From Polyangiales bacterium (GTDB lineage: Bacteria; Myxococcota_A; Polyangia; Polyangiales; Polyangiaceae), in NCBI GenBank assembly GCA_038230375.1, contig JBBRNJ010000003.1:1-64000 (forward strand): DNA of 64,000 nucleotides, in the 5' to 3' direction. The notes beneath the pieces are model-generated. The model saw nothing but the letters and a program-made list of their open reading frames with translations. It was not told where the DNA came from and did not search any database. A program made the position numbers and the translations under genes. Positions 9,094 to 18,506 of this stretch are shown here, piece by piece (position 1 is the stretch's first letter; each line of letters begins with the position of its first letter).

Positions 9094-9869
9094 CCACCAC
9101 GAAGCTCAGGCCCGTCGCCGAGGTGCGGTCACGCGCGGAGCTGCTGGAGGAGCTCCGAGGCTGCGAAGCGCGCCTCGACGCCCTCGCGGAGGAATCGCTC
9201 GCGCTGGGCGTTCGCGTCGACGCGCTCCGTCAGGAAGTTCGACAGCTGGACGACCCGCCCCAGCGGAGCCTTCCGATCGCAGCACCGATAGGACCGACCG
9301 CGGCGGCGCCGGCCCCGTCGACACCAGCCGAAAAGGTGGCGCTGTTCCGGCGGCTATTCCGCGGGCGCACCGATGTGTTCCCGAAGTACTGGGAGAACCC
9401 GAAGACCGAGAAGAAGGGCTACTCACCGGCGTGCGCGAACGAGTGGGTGCGCGGCGTGTGCGAGAAGCCGGGGGTCAAGTGCGGGGAATGCACGAACCAG
9501 GCGTTCATCGGCGTCGACGATCGGCGCGTGCTCGAGCATCTGCAGGCCCATCACGTGATGGGCGTCTACCCTATGCTCGAAGGTGATCTGTGCTGGTCTC
9601 TCGCCGCGGACTTCGACAAGGAGGGGTGGAAGGACGACGCCCTCGCGTTCGCGGAGACCTGCGACCGACTCGCTCTTCCGGTGGCGCTCGAACGCTCCCG
9701 GTCCGGCAATGGCGCGCACGCGTGGCTCTTCTTCGACGAACGCGTCGCGGCGAACGCCGCCCGCCGCGTCGGCTGCTTCGTCCTCACCGAGACGATGACG
9801 CGCCGCCCCGAAACGCGAGCGCATTCTGAAACGCCGCCACCCGCTTCAATTGGCTCTCCACCGCGATGA
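9090..9869 (+). pseudogene. TOTE-type archaeo-eukaryotic primase domain, N-terminal fragment
   Basis: LFRGRTDVF, GYSPACANEW...C..C..C, G.YP....C..LA.DFD, ERSRSGNGAH.W.FF; recognisable sequence stops at ~9810. Confidence 0.75.
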
Positions 9870-11152
9870 CTCCACGCGTGATCGGCTGCGCAGAGGACTT
9901 CGCGAAGCACGTCGCCCTTCCGCGCGGGTGCGTCGACGACATCCGCGAACTGCTCCGCGAGCACGGCAGCACGCTCGCCCTGCAGGATCAGCGTGCCTCG
10001 GGCGCACCTGTCGACGTCACGTTCCGCGGCGAGCTCACGAAGGCCCAAGCGACCGCCGTGAAGGCGATTCTCGAGCACGACATGGGAGTCTTCGTTGCGC
10101 CCCCGGGGACGGGGAAGACCGTCGTTGGCGCCTACCTCACCGCGGCTCGCAGAACGAGCACGCTGGTCCTCGTGCACCGCAAGCCGCTCCTCGACCAGTG
10201 GGTGATGCAGCTCGCGGTCTTTCTCGGCCTGGACCCGTCGGCAATCGGTCGGATCGGCGGAGGCAAGGACAAGCCGAACGGATTGCTCGACGTCGCGATG
10301 ATTCAAAGCCTCGTCCGGAAGGGTGAGGTGAAGGACCTCATCGCGCAATACGGGCATGTCATCGTCGACGAGTGCCACCACCTCCCGGCCGTCTCGTTCG
10401 AGCGCGTGCTCGCCGAGGTGAAGGCGAGGTACGTCACGGGGCTGACCGCGACCCCCTATCGTCGTGACGGACACCAGCCGATCATCCACATGCAGTGCGG
10501 GCCGGTCCGGTTTGTCGTCGACGTGAAGGCCCACGGTGCCGTCCGCCAGTTCGAGCACCGCCTCGTTTGCCGCCACACCTCCTTCCCCGGCGCGCCGGGA
10601 GAAGGCGCGATTCAAGACCAGTACGCGGCGCTCGTCGTTGACGAAGCCCGCAACAAGATGATCCTCGACGACATCGAGCAGGCCGTCATTGACGGCCGCT
10701 CTCCGATCGTCCTGACGGAGCGAAAGGACCACCTGGAATACCTCGCCGCGAAGCTCGAGCCGCGGGTGCGCCACCTCGTCGTGATGTTCTGCGGCCGTGG
10801 GGCAAAGGAAGAGCGCCTCACGATGAAGCACCTGGCGTCAATCCCCGACGACGAGGAACGTGTGGTGCTCGCGACGGGGCGCTACATCGGCGAGGGCTTC
10901 GACGACGCGCGCCTCGACACGTTGTTCCTCACAATGCCGGTGGCGTGGAGAGGGACGATGGTGCAGTACGCCGGACGCCTCCACCGTCGGCATCAGAGTA
11001 AGTTCGAGGTCTCCATCTACGACTACGTCGACGGGCGCGTCCCGATGCTCGCTCGGATGTTCGAGAAACGACTCCGTGCGTACCGCGCGATGGGATACCA
11101 GGTCGACGAGATGGGCGACGACGACGACGACGAGGAGGACGGTGACCAATGA
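9866..11152 (+). CDS. SF2 DEAD/DEAH-box (ResIII-like) helicase, C-terminal part of the primase-helicase
   Basis: APPGTGKT, DECHH, GLTATP.R.DG, GEGFD, QYAGRLHR. Confidence 0.9.
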   Translation: MTPRVIGCAEDFAKHVALPRGCVDDIRELLREHGSTLALQDQRASGAPVDVTFRGELTKAQATAVKAILEHDMGVFVAPPGTGKTVVGAYLTAARRTSTLVLVHRKPLLDQWVMQLAVFLGLDPSAIGRIGGGKDKPNGLLDVAMIQSLVRKGEVKDLIAQYGHVIVDECHHLPAVSFERVLAEVKARYVTGLTATPYRRDGHQPIIHMQCGPVRFVVDVKAHGAVRQFEHRLVCRHTSFPGAPGEGAIQDQYAALVVDEARNKMILDDIEQAVIDGRSPIVLTERKDHLEYLAAKLEPRVRHLVVMFCGRGAKEERLTMKHLASIPDDEERVVLATGRYIGEGFDDARLDTLFLTMPVAWRGTMVQYAGRLHRRHQSKFEVSIYDYVDGRVPMLARMFEKRLRAYRAMGYQVDEMGDDDDDEEDGDQ

Positions 11153-11529
11153 AAAAGCTGGCGCGGGCGAAGTTGGTGCTCGTCAAGACGAACGCGAAGC
11201 GTGCTCGGCCCAAGGGGTCCACGGATGACGAACTTGCCCAGATGATCGAGGAAGCCACCGTGGACGCCTACGGACCATCGGAGCAGGTCTCCGGTTTCTA
11301 TACGATGCTCGAGGAGAACCTCGACCTTCCGTTCTCGACGAGAGTTCTTGGGGTCGACGTGGTCGTCGAAGGCATCGACCTGACCGGTTCCGAGGAGATC
11401 GTCGCCATCTGCAAGCGGGGGCGCCTGCGCCAATCGATCCCGATCCTCGACCTTCCCTTGCCGACTCCCGCACCGGAGGGAGCGGCATGGATCGAGGCAT
11501 ACCGACACTGGACAAGCGGAGGTCTCTAA
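11149..11529 (+). CDS. CcbP-like small protein, paralog 2
   Basis: MIEEATVDAY..SEQ..G..TMLEENL.LPF...WIEAYRHW; ATGA overlap with the helicase stop. Confidence 0.7.
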   Translation: MKKLARAKLVLVKTNAKRARPKGSTDDELAQMIEEATVDAYGPSEQVSGFYTMLEENLDLPFSTRVLGVDVVVEGIDLTGSEEIVAICKRGRLRQSIPILDLPLPTPAPEGAAWIEAYRHWTSGGL

Positions 11530-11538
11530 ACCCAGAGC

Positions 11539-11574
11539 GAATGCGCAGGCGCGCGTGACCCGTTGGTGAACGCA
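11539..11574. repeat. Partial third copy of the non-coding element
   Basis: AATGCGCAGGCGCGCGTGACCCGTTGGTGAACGCA matches 107-141 and 6249-6281. Confidence 0.7.
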
Positions 11575-11782
11575 GGTAGAAGGTCGTCCCGAGATGGCAC
11601 GGGCGCGGGTTCCTCTGAAGCAGACCGACGGCGGACGCGACGTCGCGGCGGAAGTCGATTCGGCGGGGGCCAGCGAGAGCGTGTGCCTCGCCGGTACCTC
11701 ACGAGGTGGGCCGAGCGCAAAGCGCGGATTGCCTGCCGCGACTGGCCAGGACTTGACGAAAGCGGCCAGCACCGGCGGACTA

Positions 11783-11845
11783 GTATCAGGATTGCCGATA
11801 CCGCCATGCTCCCGCGTCCCACTATCGAAGCCTTCGATCGCCACC
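11783..11845 (+). pseudogene. 5' remnant of a second DUF6036-like NTase gene with its operator
   Basis: Encodes MLPRPTIEAFDRH (identical to the 4920 start), preceded by GTATCAGGATTGCCGATAC. Confidence 0.7.
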
Positions 11846-12280
11846 GGCTAGCGAGCGACGCCTCCTGACGGCGCTGCTGTGCTGGGCGGCGTTCGCGCGC
11901 TGCAAGCGTCCCCTCGCGCCATGCGGTTCGACTTCGAGCAGAAGGTGGGGAGCACAGCGCGACGGTCACCCGGCCGATGAAGGGCGCTACCTTCTTCGCG
12001 CGTGGATCGACGGCATGCCTCTCAGGCCCGAGGGGGAACTCGATGACGCGACCTTCACGAAGACAGCCATGGCGCGCAGGCGGTCAAGCATTGTTCGACG
12101 ATATCGCACAGTGAATACCTATTCCAACGTCTACCCGCACACCCGCCGAGCGTGCATCCTTCATCCGTCACCGTCGCGAACAACTTGTGGACGGCTTCCA
12201 GTCCATCACTCGCACTCGAAGAAAGGCTGATGAGGCTCATGAAAAAATCTGACGGGGCGGGGACAAGCGAGGAGGCGGCG

Positions 12281-12712
12281 ATGCGCAAGCAACTGATCGT
12301 CATGCCAGGAGAGGGCAAGACGTACAACTGGTCGCAGGATCGGATGAGCATCAAGTCGACGCTCGATCTCAGCGACGGGCGCGTCACCCTCGCGGAGGAT
12401 CAACTGAAGCCCGGTTTTCTGCTCGCGCGGCATCACCACCGCAAGATGATCGAGATCTTCTACATCCTCGAAGGCGAGGTGCGATTTGCCTTCGACGACG
12501 AGGTGGTCGTCTGCACTCCTGGCACCACGATCAACGTGCCACCCAACGTGCATCACGAGGTCACGAGCGCCGCAGGCGCACGGATGCTCACCATCTTCAG
12601 CCCCGGCGGCTTCGATGTGTACCTCGAGGAGTTGTCGGTTCTAACCGAGAGTCAGTACGCCGACGTCGCCTTCATGCGCGCGCTCGACGAGCGCTTCGAC
12701 ATCTTTCATTGA
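12281..12712 (+). CDS. Cupin domain protein
   Basis: HHH...E.FYILEGEV...PG....VPPNV.H; GGAGG RBS. Confidence 0.85.
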   Translation: MRKQLIVMPGEGKTYNWSQDRMSIKSTLDLSDGRVTLAEDQLKPGFLLARHHHRKMIEIFYILEGEVRFAFDDEVVVCTPGTTINVPPNVHHEVTSAAGARMLTIFSPGGFDVYLEELSVLTESQYADVAFMRALDERFDIFH

Positions 12713-12826
12713 ACCGGAGTTCCTCACTTCCCCAGCCCGTTCCCGATGCGGTAGCTTGGGGAGCCAGGATTCCTTCTGGGCCCGCGCGCACCTGGGGCGC
12801 ACGGATCTTCTGCTACGGAGCGCCGC

Positions 12827-13381
12827 GTGGGTCTCCATCGAATCAACATCATCGGCGCATCGGGTGTTGGAAAGACCACGCTCGGTCGAGCGCTCGCGGC
12901 GCGGCTTGGCGTCCCTCACTTCGACTCGGACGACTACTACCACCTGCCTGGCGATCCCCCGTATCAGTTCCAGCGCACGCCGCAGGCTCGATGCGATCTC
13001 CTCGAGGGCGACCTTGCTGCTCTCGATAGCTGGGTCCTCGCGGGCGGAGCGGCAACCTGGGAACCAGCGCCCGCGCTCAGCTACACGCTCCAGGTCTTTG
13101 TCTCACTTCCCAGCGAGCTGCGCATTCGACGGGTGCTACAGCGCGAACAGGCTCTCTACGGCGAAAGAATTCTTCCCGGCGGCGACATGGAGAAGGATCA
13201 TCGCGCGTTCATGGAATGGACGGCCGGATACGACGACAGCACGTCCGAAGGAACCAACACCCTCGCGTGTCACGAGGCGCTGCTTCGACGGGCGGCCTGT
13301 CCCATTCTTCGGCTGGCGGGACCGATGAGCGAAGAAGACGCGATCGCACGTGTCCTGGGTCAGCATCCATCGGGTGCGTGA
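12827..13381 (+). CDS. Adenylate-kinase-like P-loop protein
   Basis: INIIGASGVGKTTLG...DSDDYY, R..R...RE. Confidence 0.8.
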   Translation: MGLHRINIIGASGVGKTTLGRALAARLGVPHFDSDDYYHLPGDPPYQFQRTPQARCDLLEGDLAALDSWVLAGGAATWEPAPALSYTLQVFVSLPSELRIRRVLQREQALYGERILPGGDMEKDHRAFMEWTAGYDDSTSEGTNTLACHEALLRRAACPILRLAGPMSEEDAIARVLGQHPSGA

Positions 13382-13439
13382 AGTGCGCGGCTCCGGCACT
13401 GATGACGCGCTCTGCGTGTTCGAAGAAGGGATGAGTGAG

Positions 13440-14928
13440 ATGGCGGCGAAGCGGCGGCGTGCGACAGCGGGCATCGAGTGGGTGGGCGGCATCGTCGCAA
13501 TGCCCAGCTACGCCGCCTCCGTCGCGCCTCCGGGTCGCTTCGAACGAGCTCGCGAGCGCGCTTCGCGGCGCGCACCCGGCGCTGGAGATCGTCTGCGCGT
13601 CCACGCCGGAGCTGGACGAGGTGATCGCATCGATGCGCGAGCACATGGCCGCCCGTGAGGAGTCCGAGCAGTCGTACCTTGGTCCTGGCGTCGGGCCTGA
13701 TGCTGTCGGAGCGCTCTTCCGCGCGGCGGCTGCGCTCTATCGCGCGACGCCGTGGAAGATCGTTCCGGACGACACGAGCATCCTGTCGCTGACGATCGAG
13801 AAGCTCGGCGTGAAGGACGCGGTCGTGTCCGTCATTGGGCAGATGGGCGAGAGTCACGGCGTGATCGTGTTCTCGAGCGTCGAAGATTTCGATACATTCC
13901 TCGACGCGGCGGAGGCGGTCGAGGGGGGCCGCGCTCCCGCGGTGCCACCGCACTTCGCGCTCCACTTCGATCGCGGGGCCGAGCTGAGCCCGGCGCTTCG
14001 CAAGGAGATCGCGCACCACCGGTGGGAGGTCGCGGGGCCCAACGCCTACCCGTGGCTCGTTGCGGTCGACGCCGATCTCGTCGCGCGGCCGCCGACGGAG
14101 CGAGAGGTGACCCTCGGGGAGGCGCTCTCGCTCTCGCTCGCGCACATGGCCGCGGAGAAGAAGGCGTTCGCCGCCGCCTTCGGCAGAGGCGCACCGCTCA
14201 CGCGGACAGTCTCGGTGACCACGCACGCGGGCGAAGTCGAGGTCACGCTGCGCGCCCCGTACGACGAGCAGAGCGGTGTCCCGATCCCCGAAGACCTCAT
14301 CGGCGCCTTCTCCGCGATGGAAGCGGAACGCGGCGGCATCGACGAGTCTCGCCTCGAAGAGCTCCAGGACCAGCTGGTGGGCCGATTCATGGCCTCGCCC
14401 GAGGCGGAAGGGCTCGGCGAGACACGATGGTGCTTGACGGTCATGGACCTTGCGGCGAGCTACCTTGGCGTGACGATCGCGTCGGTCGGCGCAGCCGAGC
14501 TCCGAGCGATCTTGTTCGAGCACATGCCTCGCCAGGTCTCGGTGGATGCGCGCGCCGCGGGCGAAGTCGTCGCAGAATGCCGCGCATTCTTCACGTTCCT
14601 GAAGAGGGCGCTCTCCGCGCGCCGTGCCGACGAGTGCCTGCGTGTACTCGGCGCTGGCGCGGTCCAGAAGCTCGCAGCGGCCCTCTCCAATCCGCAGAAC
14701 TTCGGAATGGCGAAATCGATGATGATGGCCGGTGCCGAGGCTGGCTTCGACATGTCGAGCAAGGACGGCATCGATGCGTGGATGCGCGAACTCCAGGGCA
14801 AGCCGCTTCCGTCGTCGATTCGCCTTCCTCCGCTCGGACCCGCACCGCGAGCCAGCGGTCCGGCCGTCCAACGCACGAAGAGGGCGAAGCGCCAGGCCAC
14901 CCGCAAGGCGCGAAAGAAGAACCGGTGA
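13440..14928 (+). pseudogene. Conserved hypothetical protein (paralog of 6531) with an internal deletion/frameshift at ~13513
   Basis: MAAKRRRATAGIEWVGGIVAMPSY in one frame, remainder in the 13435-14928 frame; ~55 aa present in the 6531 paralog are missing; basic C-terminus ARKKNR. Confidence 0.7.
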
Positions 14929-14978
14929 TGCGGCTCATGAGTGGTTGACTGATTGGTTAAATAACGTATCTGTTAACT

Positions 14979-15383
14979 ATGTCTTCGCGAGCGTCCGCCG
15001 GATCGAGCAGCAGTACGGGCGGAGCCGATCTCGATCACATCTTTGGCGCCCTCGCCGATCCCACTCGCCGTGCGATCGTGGTGCGGCTCGCCGATGGTGA
15101 GGCCACGGTCCTCGAGCTCGCCGCGCCGTTCGACATCAGTCTCCCGGCGATCTCTCGGCACCTCAAGGTGCTCGAGCACGCCGGGCTCATCTCACGTGGG
15201 CGCGATGCGCAGAGGCGGCCGTGTCGGCTCGAGGCCGACGCGCTCGAGGAGATTCACCGGTGGGCCCTGCATACGAGGCGCGCGTGGGAGCAGCGTCTTG
15301 ATGCCCTCGACGACTACTTGAAGAAGATGGAAGCCCCACCCAAGAAGGAAAAGAAGAAGAGCCATGGTCGCAAAAAGCCCTGA
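14979..15383 (+). CDS. ArsR-family transcriptional regulator
   Basis: FGALADPTRRAI...ELAAPFDISLPAISRHLKVLE.AGLI. Confidence 0.9.
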   Translation: MSSRASAGSSSSTGGADLDHIFGALADPTRRAIVVRLADGEATVLELAAPFDISLPAISRHLKVLEHAGLISRGRDAQRRPCRLEADALEEIHRWALHTRRAWEQRLDALDDYLKKMEAPPKKEKKKSHGRKKP

Positions 15384-15870
15384 TGTCATCTGGTCGCTCG
15401 ATCGCGAGATCGTCCTGTCGCGCGTGTTCGAGGCGCCGCGCGCGCTCGTCTACGAAGCGTGGACCAAGGCCGAGCACCTCACGAAGTGGTTCTGTCCGAA
15501 GGGCTTCACCACCACGACGCGCGAGATCGACCCGCGCGTCGGTGGGAAGTGGCGCTTCGACATGATCGCCGCGCCGAACAACCCGATGAAGGTGCCGGAT
15601 GGAACCGTGTTCGACAATCGAATCGTCTTCCTCGAGATGCGCGCGCCGGAGCTGCTCGTGTACGACCACGGCAGCGACAAGGACGACGACGAGAAGCGGT
15701 TCCGCGTCACCATCACATTCGACGAGCAGGCCGACAAGAAGACGGTCGTGACGATGCGTCAGCTCCACCCCACGAAGGAGCAGCGCGCAGCCGGCGTCAG
15801 CTTCGGCGCGGTCGAGATCGGCTACACGACGATCGAAAACCTTGCCGACCACCTTCGCAAGATCCGCTGA
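15364..15870 (+). CDS. SRPBCC/AHSA1 domain protein
   Basis: REIVLSRVFEAPR.LVYEAWT..EHL.KWF.P.G; typical ArsR partner. Confidence 0.88.
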   Translation: MVAKSPDVIWSLDREIVLSRVFEAPRALVYEAWTKAEHLTKWFCPKGFTTTTREIDPRVGGKWRFDMIAAPNNPMKVPDGTVFDNRIVFLEMRAPELLVYDHGSDKDDDEKRFRVTITFDEQADKKTVVTMRQLHPTKEQRAAGVSFGAVEIGYTTIENLADHLRKIR

Positions 15871-16134
15871 CGCGGAACGCGGATCGAGCATCTTCACGAG
15901 CCGCGCGCTCATCGCTTGCTTCGGCAACGCGGCTGCTCAGCGACATGTCGAAGTGCTTTCCGCGCCCGTGCCAGTCGCGACGCTTCGTGGCCGCGTCGGT
16001 GAATCGCTCTGCCTGCGTCTCCAGGCGTGGAATGAGCCGCTTTTTCGCGGCCGCGGTCGCTCGGAGCAACATGAAGCCAATCGTGCCTGCGGCGTAGGTC
16101 ACGAAATGGCGTCCGCAGGGGGCCTCTTGCTATC

Positions 16135-17391
16135 ATGGGGACCATGGCTGACTCGCCTCCGCGCGATCCGAACAGCGCCGACGGGCCGCCGCCGAAGGCC
16201 ACCGATGCGCCGACGACGACCGGCGACGCGGCGGGCGTGCGACCGCCCATGAGCAGCAATCTGCAGTACATGCTGAAGCAGCCCTCGACCCCGTGGGTCA
16301 CGTTCGATCGCGACAGCAAGGTCGCCAAGGACGAGGGCGGGGGACCACTGCCCGACCCGCTCGACGCAGGATGGGGCGAGGCGCCCGAGGACGTGCTTCC
16401 GCTGCGGAGCGCGCCTCCGCCGGCCGTTGCGGAGGTGCCCCACGTTCCAGGGGCTGCCGCTGACGCTCTGGTGGCGGCGCTGGCCGCGAAAACTCCACCG
16501 CCACCGGCGCCTGACGGTCCAGTGGCTGCGCCTGCCGTTGATGTTCCGCCGCCACCGGCACACATGATGGCGATCGTGGACCAGGTCCTCTCGCAGTCGC
16601 GGCCGCCGCCCGCGGATCCGGGCTCCGCGCACGACCCTCGCCCCGCTCCCATCGTGATCTCCGCCCCGCGGGATCTCGCGGCGCCCGCAGCTGCGCTGGC
16701 TCCATTCGCTGCGCCGCTTCCGGATGCTGCGCCGCAGGCCACACCGCCCGCACATGCTGCGTCGCCGCTGAATGTCGCGCCACTTACGGAAGTGGCACCG
16801 CTCGCGGGCGTTCCACGCCCCGCGCCGCTCCCCGTGTTTGCCACGCAGGACGACGCGGACGCAGAGCTCGCGCCCATTCGCTCGCGCAGCCCGCTTGTCT
16901 TCGTGGTGGTAGCCGGCATCGTGATCGTGCTGCTCGGGCTCGTTGGAGCTGGCCTCCTCCTGTTCCGCTCGCCCGGATCGTCCCGGACGATCCCGCCGAC
17001 GCTGGCCGTCTCGGTCGCTCCCGTGCCGCCGCCCGTCGCCTCGGTCATACCGCCCGAGGCTGTCACGGCGCCCGCAGCCAGCGCGTCCGTCGCACGTGTC
17101 GACACCGCACCGAGCGCGATGGCCGCACCCTCTGGGTCCGCTGCGCCGGCCGCGCCCGTTGCGTCCGTCGCGCCGATCGATCCGAAGACCGGCCTGCCGC
17201 GCGCGTCCTACCTCACGATCCCCAAGGCCATCGCGCGCCACTTCGTCTTCCTCGACGGAAAGCGGCTGCTTGGCACCGGCCCGCGCAGCTTCCCGGTGAA
17301 GTGCGGCGAGCACACGCTGGCGATCGACGACCGCAAGGCAGAGCGCGTCATCAACGTCGAGTGCGGCGGCGAGTACATCGTCACCAACTGA
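16135..17391 (+). CDS. Pro/Ala-rich single-pass membrane protein with a PEGA-like C-terminus
   Basis: Low-complexity N-region, one TM helix (LVFVVVAGIVIVLLGLVG), VFLDGK..GTGP....KCG.H. Confidence 0.6.
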   Translation: MGTMADSPPRDPNSADGPPPKATDAPTTTGDAAGVRPPMSSNLQYMLKQPSTPWVTFDRDSKVAKDEGGGPLPDPLDAGWGEAPEDVLPLRSAPPPAVAEVPHVPGAAADALVAALAAKTPPPPAPDGPVAAPAVDVPPPPAHMMAIVDQVLSQSRPPPADPGSAHDPRPAPIVISAPRDLAAPAAALAPFAAPLPDAAPQATPPAHAASPLNVAPLTEVAPLAGVPRPAPLPVFATQDDADAELAPIRSRSPLVFVVVAGIVIVLLGLVGAGLLLFRSPGSSRTIPPTLAVSVAPVPPPVASVIPPEAVTAPAASASVARVDTAPSAMAAPSGSAAPAAPVASVAPIDPKTGLPRASYLTIPKAIARHFVFLDGKRLLGTGPRSFPVKCGEHTLAIDDRKAERVINVECGGEYIVTN

Positions 17392-17392
17392 C

Positions 17393-17525
17393 ATGCAGCT
17401 GCTCGACATTCCGTTCACCGCCGTCGACTGGACCAGCGTGGACGCCGTCGATCATCGTGGCCGATGGCGCCGAGCCACATCGCTCGTCCTCCAGCGGCGG
17501 CGCCACGCTCTACATTGTCGACTAG
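17393..17525 (+). pseudogene. DHCW-motif cupin with the middle deleted
   Basis: N-terminus MQLLDIPFTAVDW...DHRG joined out of frame to C-terminus VADGAEPHRS...GATLYIVD*. Confidence 0.65.
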
Positions 17526-17543
17526 AGAGTCACGTCACCGGCA

Positions 17544-18478
17544 TCACGGCACGCGCACGAAGCGGGGAAAGTACACGTCTAGATCGTTCGGCACCGTGGC
17601 CAGGTCTGCGTTCGTCGCGTAGGTCGCGATGAACGAGCCGCCCAAAAGCTCCGCGTGCGCCTTGCCCGCGTACGTCGTCACGTTGGGCTTCGTGCTGTCG
17701 GGGGGCACGAACACGTAACACGGTCTGCTCCACGGACCCTCTGGCGCGGGCGCAGTTCGCCTGCGTCCAGGGCCGTCACGCTGATGCGTGCAAGATACAC
17801 GGAATGATCGCCGGGCTCGCGAACGCCAAAGAGGTACACAGAATCACCGTCACGCACCACCGCGGCTCCCAGCGCGATAGGGAGCGTGAGCACGGGCAGG
17901 GTACCGTCCTCGAGTGTCCATGCCGAGGGATCCATGTCGGCGTTCTTCACGAAGGCGACCTTGGTGCCCACGGACTGGAAGCCGAACGAGCCGCTTCCCG
18001 TGGCCACCTCCTCCAGCATGAACAGCACCAGGCGCGAGGGCAACCGAACACCGGAGAGCGGCCAGAACCAGTGGCCTCCGCGCTCGGGGAAGAACGACGT
18101 GGCCGCGCCGTTCGACGTACGCCATGCGAACGCGATCTGCGCAGCGGCTGACGACGGGTCAAGGCTCGCCGACTGCACAGCCACGCTGTTGCGAATGAAC
18201 CACGCGTCCGAGCGCGACCGTGCAGGCGACTTCGCGATGAATGAGTCTCCGAAGCGCCAGAGCACGCGCGAGCCGCCGAGGTCCACGGAGTACGCAGCGT
18301 CCGCGCCGAGCCACGCGGGATCGCGTCGGAAGAGCGCGTCTGCGGCGGGCCACTGGGCGGGCGCGAGCGCGCACGCGGGGCCCTCGATCGGCGTCGCGGC
18401 GGCGTGTTTGCATCCCAACGGGACAGCCAGCCCCAGCATGAGTGCGAGGCCACCGCCAATGACGTGGGCAGTCGCCAT
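17544..18478 (-). pseudogene. DUF4185/DUF5005-like secreted lipoprotein, frameshifted/deleted at ~17757
   Basis: Lipobox VPLGC, WLGADAAYS...W.FGDSF, WFWP; C-terminus RTAPAPEGPWS...YAGKAH...YFPRFVRVP* lies in another frame. Confidence 0.65.
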
Positions 18479-18506
18479 ACCCGCATCATAGCCGTAGGAT
18501 GCGGCG

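Noticed and set aside
93..11574. CRISPR array formed by the repeated boxes
   Set aside because: Mixed orientation, irregular spacing, degenerate units and no cas genes
14947..14980. GACTGATTGGTTAAA as another island box or right border
   Set aside because: More simply explained as the AT-rich promoter/operator of the adjacent ArsR-SRPBCC operon
15797..16102. Small minus-strand ORF between SRPBCC and the Pro-rich gene
   Set aside because: No recognisable motif and it overlaps the convergent gene; cannot support a call
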